DNA from: Marsupella aquatica
Taxonomy: Eukaryota; Plantae; Marchantiophyta
Direction of reading: 5' to 3'
Length of the DNA: 64,000 bases
Assembly: GCA_973895155.1 (NCBI GenBank)
Contig: OZ316892.1
Span: 21,515,619 to 21,579,618 of the forward strand
Below, piece by piece: positions 61,415-64,000 of this stretch. Both the position numbers and the translations under genes were made by a program. Positions within the stretch are counted from its first letter, which is position 1. Every line of letters begins with the position of its first letter. The notes beneath the pieces are model-generated. The model was given only the letters and a program-made list of their open reading frames with translations, had not been told where the DNA came from and did no database searches.

Positions 61415-64000
61415 CTACTTGTGATGCAATTGCAAAACCTGCAATACGTCACGGTGTCTAGAGAAACTCTCCAAAGGAATCACTTTGGTAAATGCGTCAG
61501 CCGGGTTGAGTTTACCATCAATCTTGACTAGCTCAAACAAATTATCAGACACAGCCTGCCTGATAAAATGGTACCTGACGTCAATATGCTTCACTCTGCT
61601 GTCCATCACCTGGTTCACAGCAAGGTGGAGCGCACTTTGACTATCACAATGAAGCTTCACATTCCCCTGTGGCAATCCCATTTCAGTGATAAGTCTATCC
61701 AACCAAATCACTTCCTTTGCTGCTTCCGCAGCTGCAACATACTCCGCTTCTGTAGTAGACTGAGCAATACACTTCTACAAAGTAGACCTCCAACTTATGC
61801 ATCCACCGCCAAGTGTGAACACGTATCCTGTTGTTGATCTCCTTCGGTCCAAATCTTGTCCATAGTCAGAATCTACATAGCCAATCAATGATCTAGCATT
61901 CTTTGCATTCGCATCAAATAAAAGACCATGATCCACGGTACCCTTCAATTACCTGATAATCCACTTCACTGCTTCCCAGTGTACCTTCCCTGGATTCGAC
62001 ATGTACCTGCTCACCTTGTCCATAGCCATGGCAAGATCAGGTCTAGTGCAAGTCATCAAATACATGAGACTCCCCACTGCCTTGTCATATGGAACCTTTG
62101 ACATCAACCCCTTCTCTGTGTCATCCGTAGGACAGAACGCTGATGATAACTTGAAGTGTGGAGCCAACGGGGTACTTACTGGCTTGCTATTCTCCATGTT
62201 GAACCTTGCAATTACCTTCCTCGCATAATTGCTCTGCGTCAACCATAGCTTGCTAGCCTCCAAGTCCCTAGTGATCTCCATACCCAAAATCCTCTTAGCT
62301 GGCCCTAAGTCCTTCATCTTAAACTCTGCACTAAGCAGTGCCTTGAGCTTAACAATCTCAGACCTATCCTTGGCTGCAATTAGCATGTCATCCACATAAA
62401 GTACTAAAACAATGAACCCAAAGACAACATTCTTCACCGGTTTCAAATACACACAAGGGTCAAATACACTTCTGTGAAAACCTTGTGACCGAATCCAATC
62501 GTCAAACCGCTTGTTCCACTGTCTTGGTGACTGCTTCAACCCATACAAGGATTTCAGCAATCTGCAAACCAATTCCTCCTGTCCTCTCTTCACAAAACCT
62601 AGCGGTTGTCTCATGAAGATCACCTCTTCCAATGTGCCATAGAGGAAAGCTGTGACAACATCCATCTGATCTAGGAGCAGACCAAACATTACAACAAGTA
62701 CACACAATAGTCGTATTGTAGAGTACTTAGCAACTGGTGAGAAGACCTCATTGTAATCCACACCTTTCTCTTGTGTGAATCCCTTTGCTACCAATCTAGC
62801 CTTGTAGACCTTCGATCCACCTCCTATGGAATTATCCTTCAGCTTGTAAATCCACTTGCTGTCCACCACTTGCTGACCCTTAGGCAGCTTAACAAGCTCC
62901 CAAGTTTTGGTGTCCTTTAGTGACTGCATCTCCGTTTGCATTGCTGCAGTCCACTTCTGCTTCTCCTTTGAAGCACTTGCCTCATGAAATGAAGAAGGTT
63001 CTCCTTCTTCCAAAATTAACGCATCACCCTCATCATCAGCTGTAAAATCATCCTCTTGCAGTTGAGATGAATCAACCCACTGTCCATACCTTGGTGGAGC
63101 GCGTACAGTGCGACCAGATGTTCTTCTAGCCGATGACTCCGGTTGATCTGCGTGTGCTGGTACAATTTGAAGCTCAATAGCATCCACTTGCTGCTCACCA
63201 GCATCAACAAACTCCTCTGGTTCCTCTGGCACAGGAACCAGCTCCATAATTGGAGCAACTCCTTCTCTCCGGTCATGCACCTCATAACCAATCTCCCCCT
63301 CAACGAGATCCGGGATAGGAGATTTTCCTTTGTCAGTACGGGAGACCTGAGTATTCTCCCCCTCCTTCAATAATCTGGATTCATTGAAGGAAACATCCCT
63401 ACTGACAACGAGCTTACAAGCAATAGGATCCCATAGCCTATAGGCTTTCACACCACTCTGGTACCCAAGAAAAACACATTTCCTGGAGGTAGGATCCAAC
63501 TTGGTCCTATTCTGCTTTGGTGTGAGAGCATATGCATCACTTCCAAAAATTACCAAGCCATGATAGTCTGCTTGCCGCTTATAGCGCATCTCAAACGGCG
63601 TTTTGAAATTGATAGCACTAGAAGGAGAAAGATTTACCAAATAAGCTGCGGTATTGACAGCTTCTGCCCAAAATTCTTGTGGTAAACCTGATTGGCTCAA
63701 CATACTCCGTGACCGCTCCAACAGTGTCCGATTGAGCCTCTCAGCGATACCATTCTGCTGCGGAGTATAAATTGTGGTGAGATGGCGAGTTATCCCCTGT
63801 TCTGAACAGTACTCTTCAAATTCCATTGAAGTGTACTCCCCGCCGTTGTCTGACCTCAGACTCTTCACCCTTGTATCCAAACACTTGATCGTGTTTCCAG
63901 TCTGATTCTCCACCTGGGCCTTCCACTTCTTAAAAATGGACAAGACATCAGACTTATGCGTCATGAAATAAATCCACACAAATCTTGAGTAATCATCAAT
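61415..64000 (-). mobile_element. Ty1/copia pol (integrase, RT, RNase H), nearly intact, continues beyond right edge
   Basis: LRSDNGGEY, PQQNGIAER, FWAEAVNTA, KARLVAKGF, QMDVVTAFL, LKSLYGLKQSPRQW, LYVDDMLI, CTRPDL, STTEAEY, HCDSQSA, KHIDVRYHF, NPADAFTK. Stops at 61949 and about 61776. Confidence 0.97.

Overview
Eukaryotic DNA, very probably from a land plant: GT-AG introns, Ty1/copia elements, SKP1, a plant zinc-ribbon gene and a TALE-type homeobox. A non-seed plant is a guess. The supplied intron-blind ORF track is therefore misleading in places. Bases 1-34 kb are a stack of nested large DNA-transposon-like elements. Two diverged units (A about 16.2-23.5 kb; B about 8.25-34.1 kb, split by later insertions) share one design: a GHTH-motif putative transposase set head-to-head with a spliced gene fusing a ParB/Srx-like domain to a beta-class amino (N6A/N4C) DNA methyltransferase. 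The fusion gene is intact in A (955 aa, 3 exons) and decayed in B, where an FCP1/NIF phosphatase domain follows it. Each unit also carries its own dispersed double-palindrome (B: CTCGAGA-N3-TCTCGAG; A: TTCATGAATTCATGAA). A third element (1-8249) has a long transposase-like ORF missed by the track and shares its terminus with two MITEs that make 8-bp TSDs. Bases 35-64 kb hold two decayed copia elements, minisatellites, a 4-kb ORF-bearing solo-LTR-like insertion and three host genes. All family assignments come from motifs read by eye; no searches were run.
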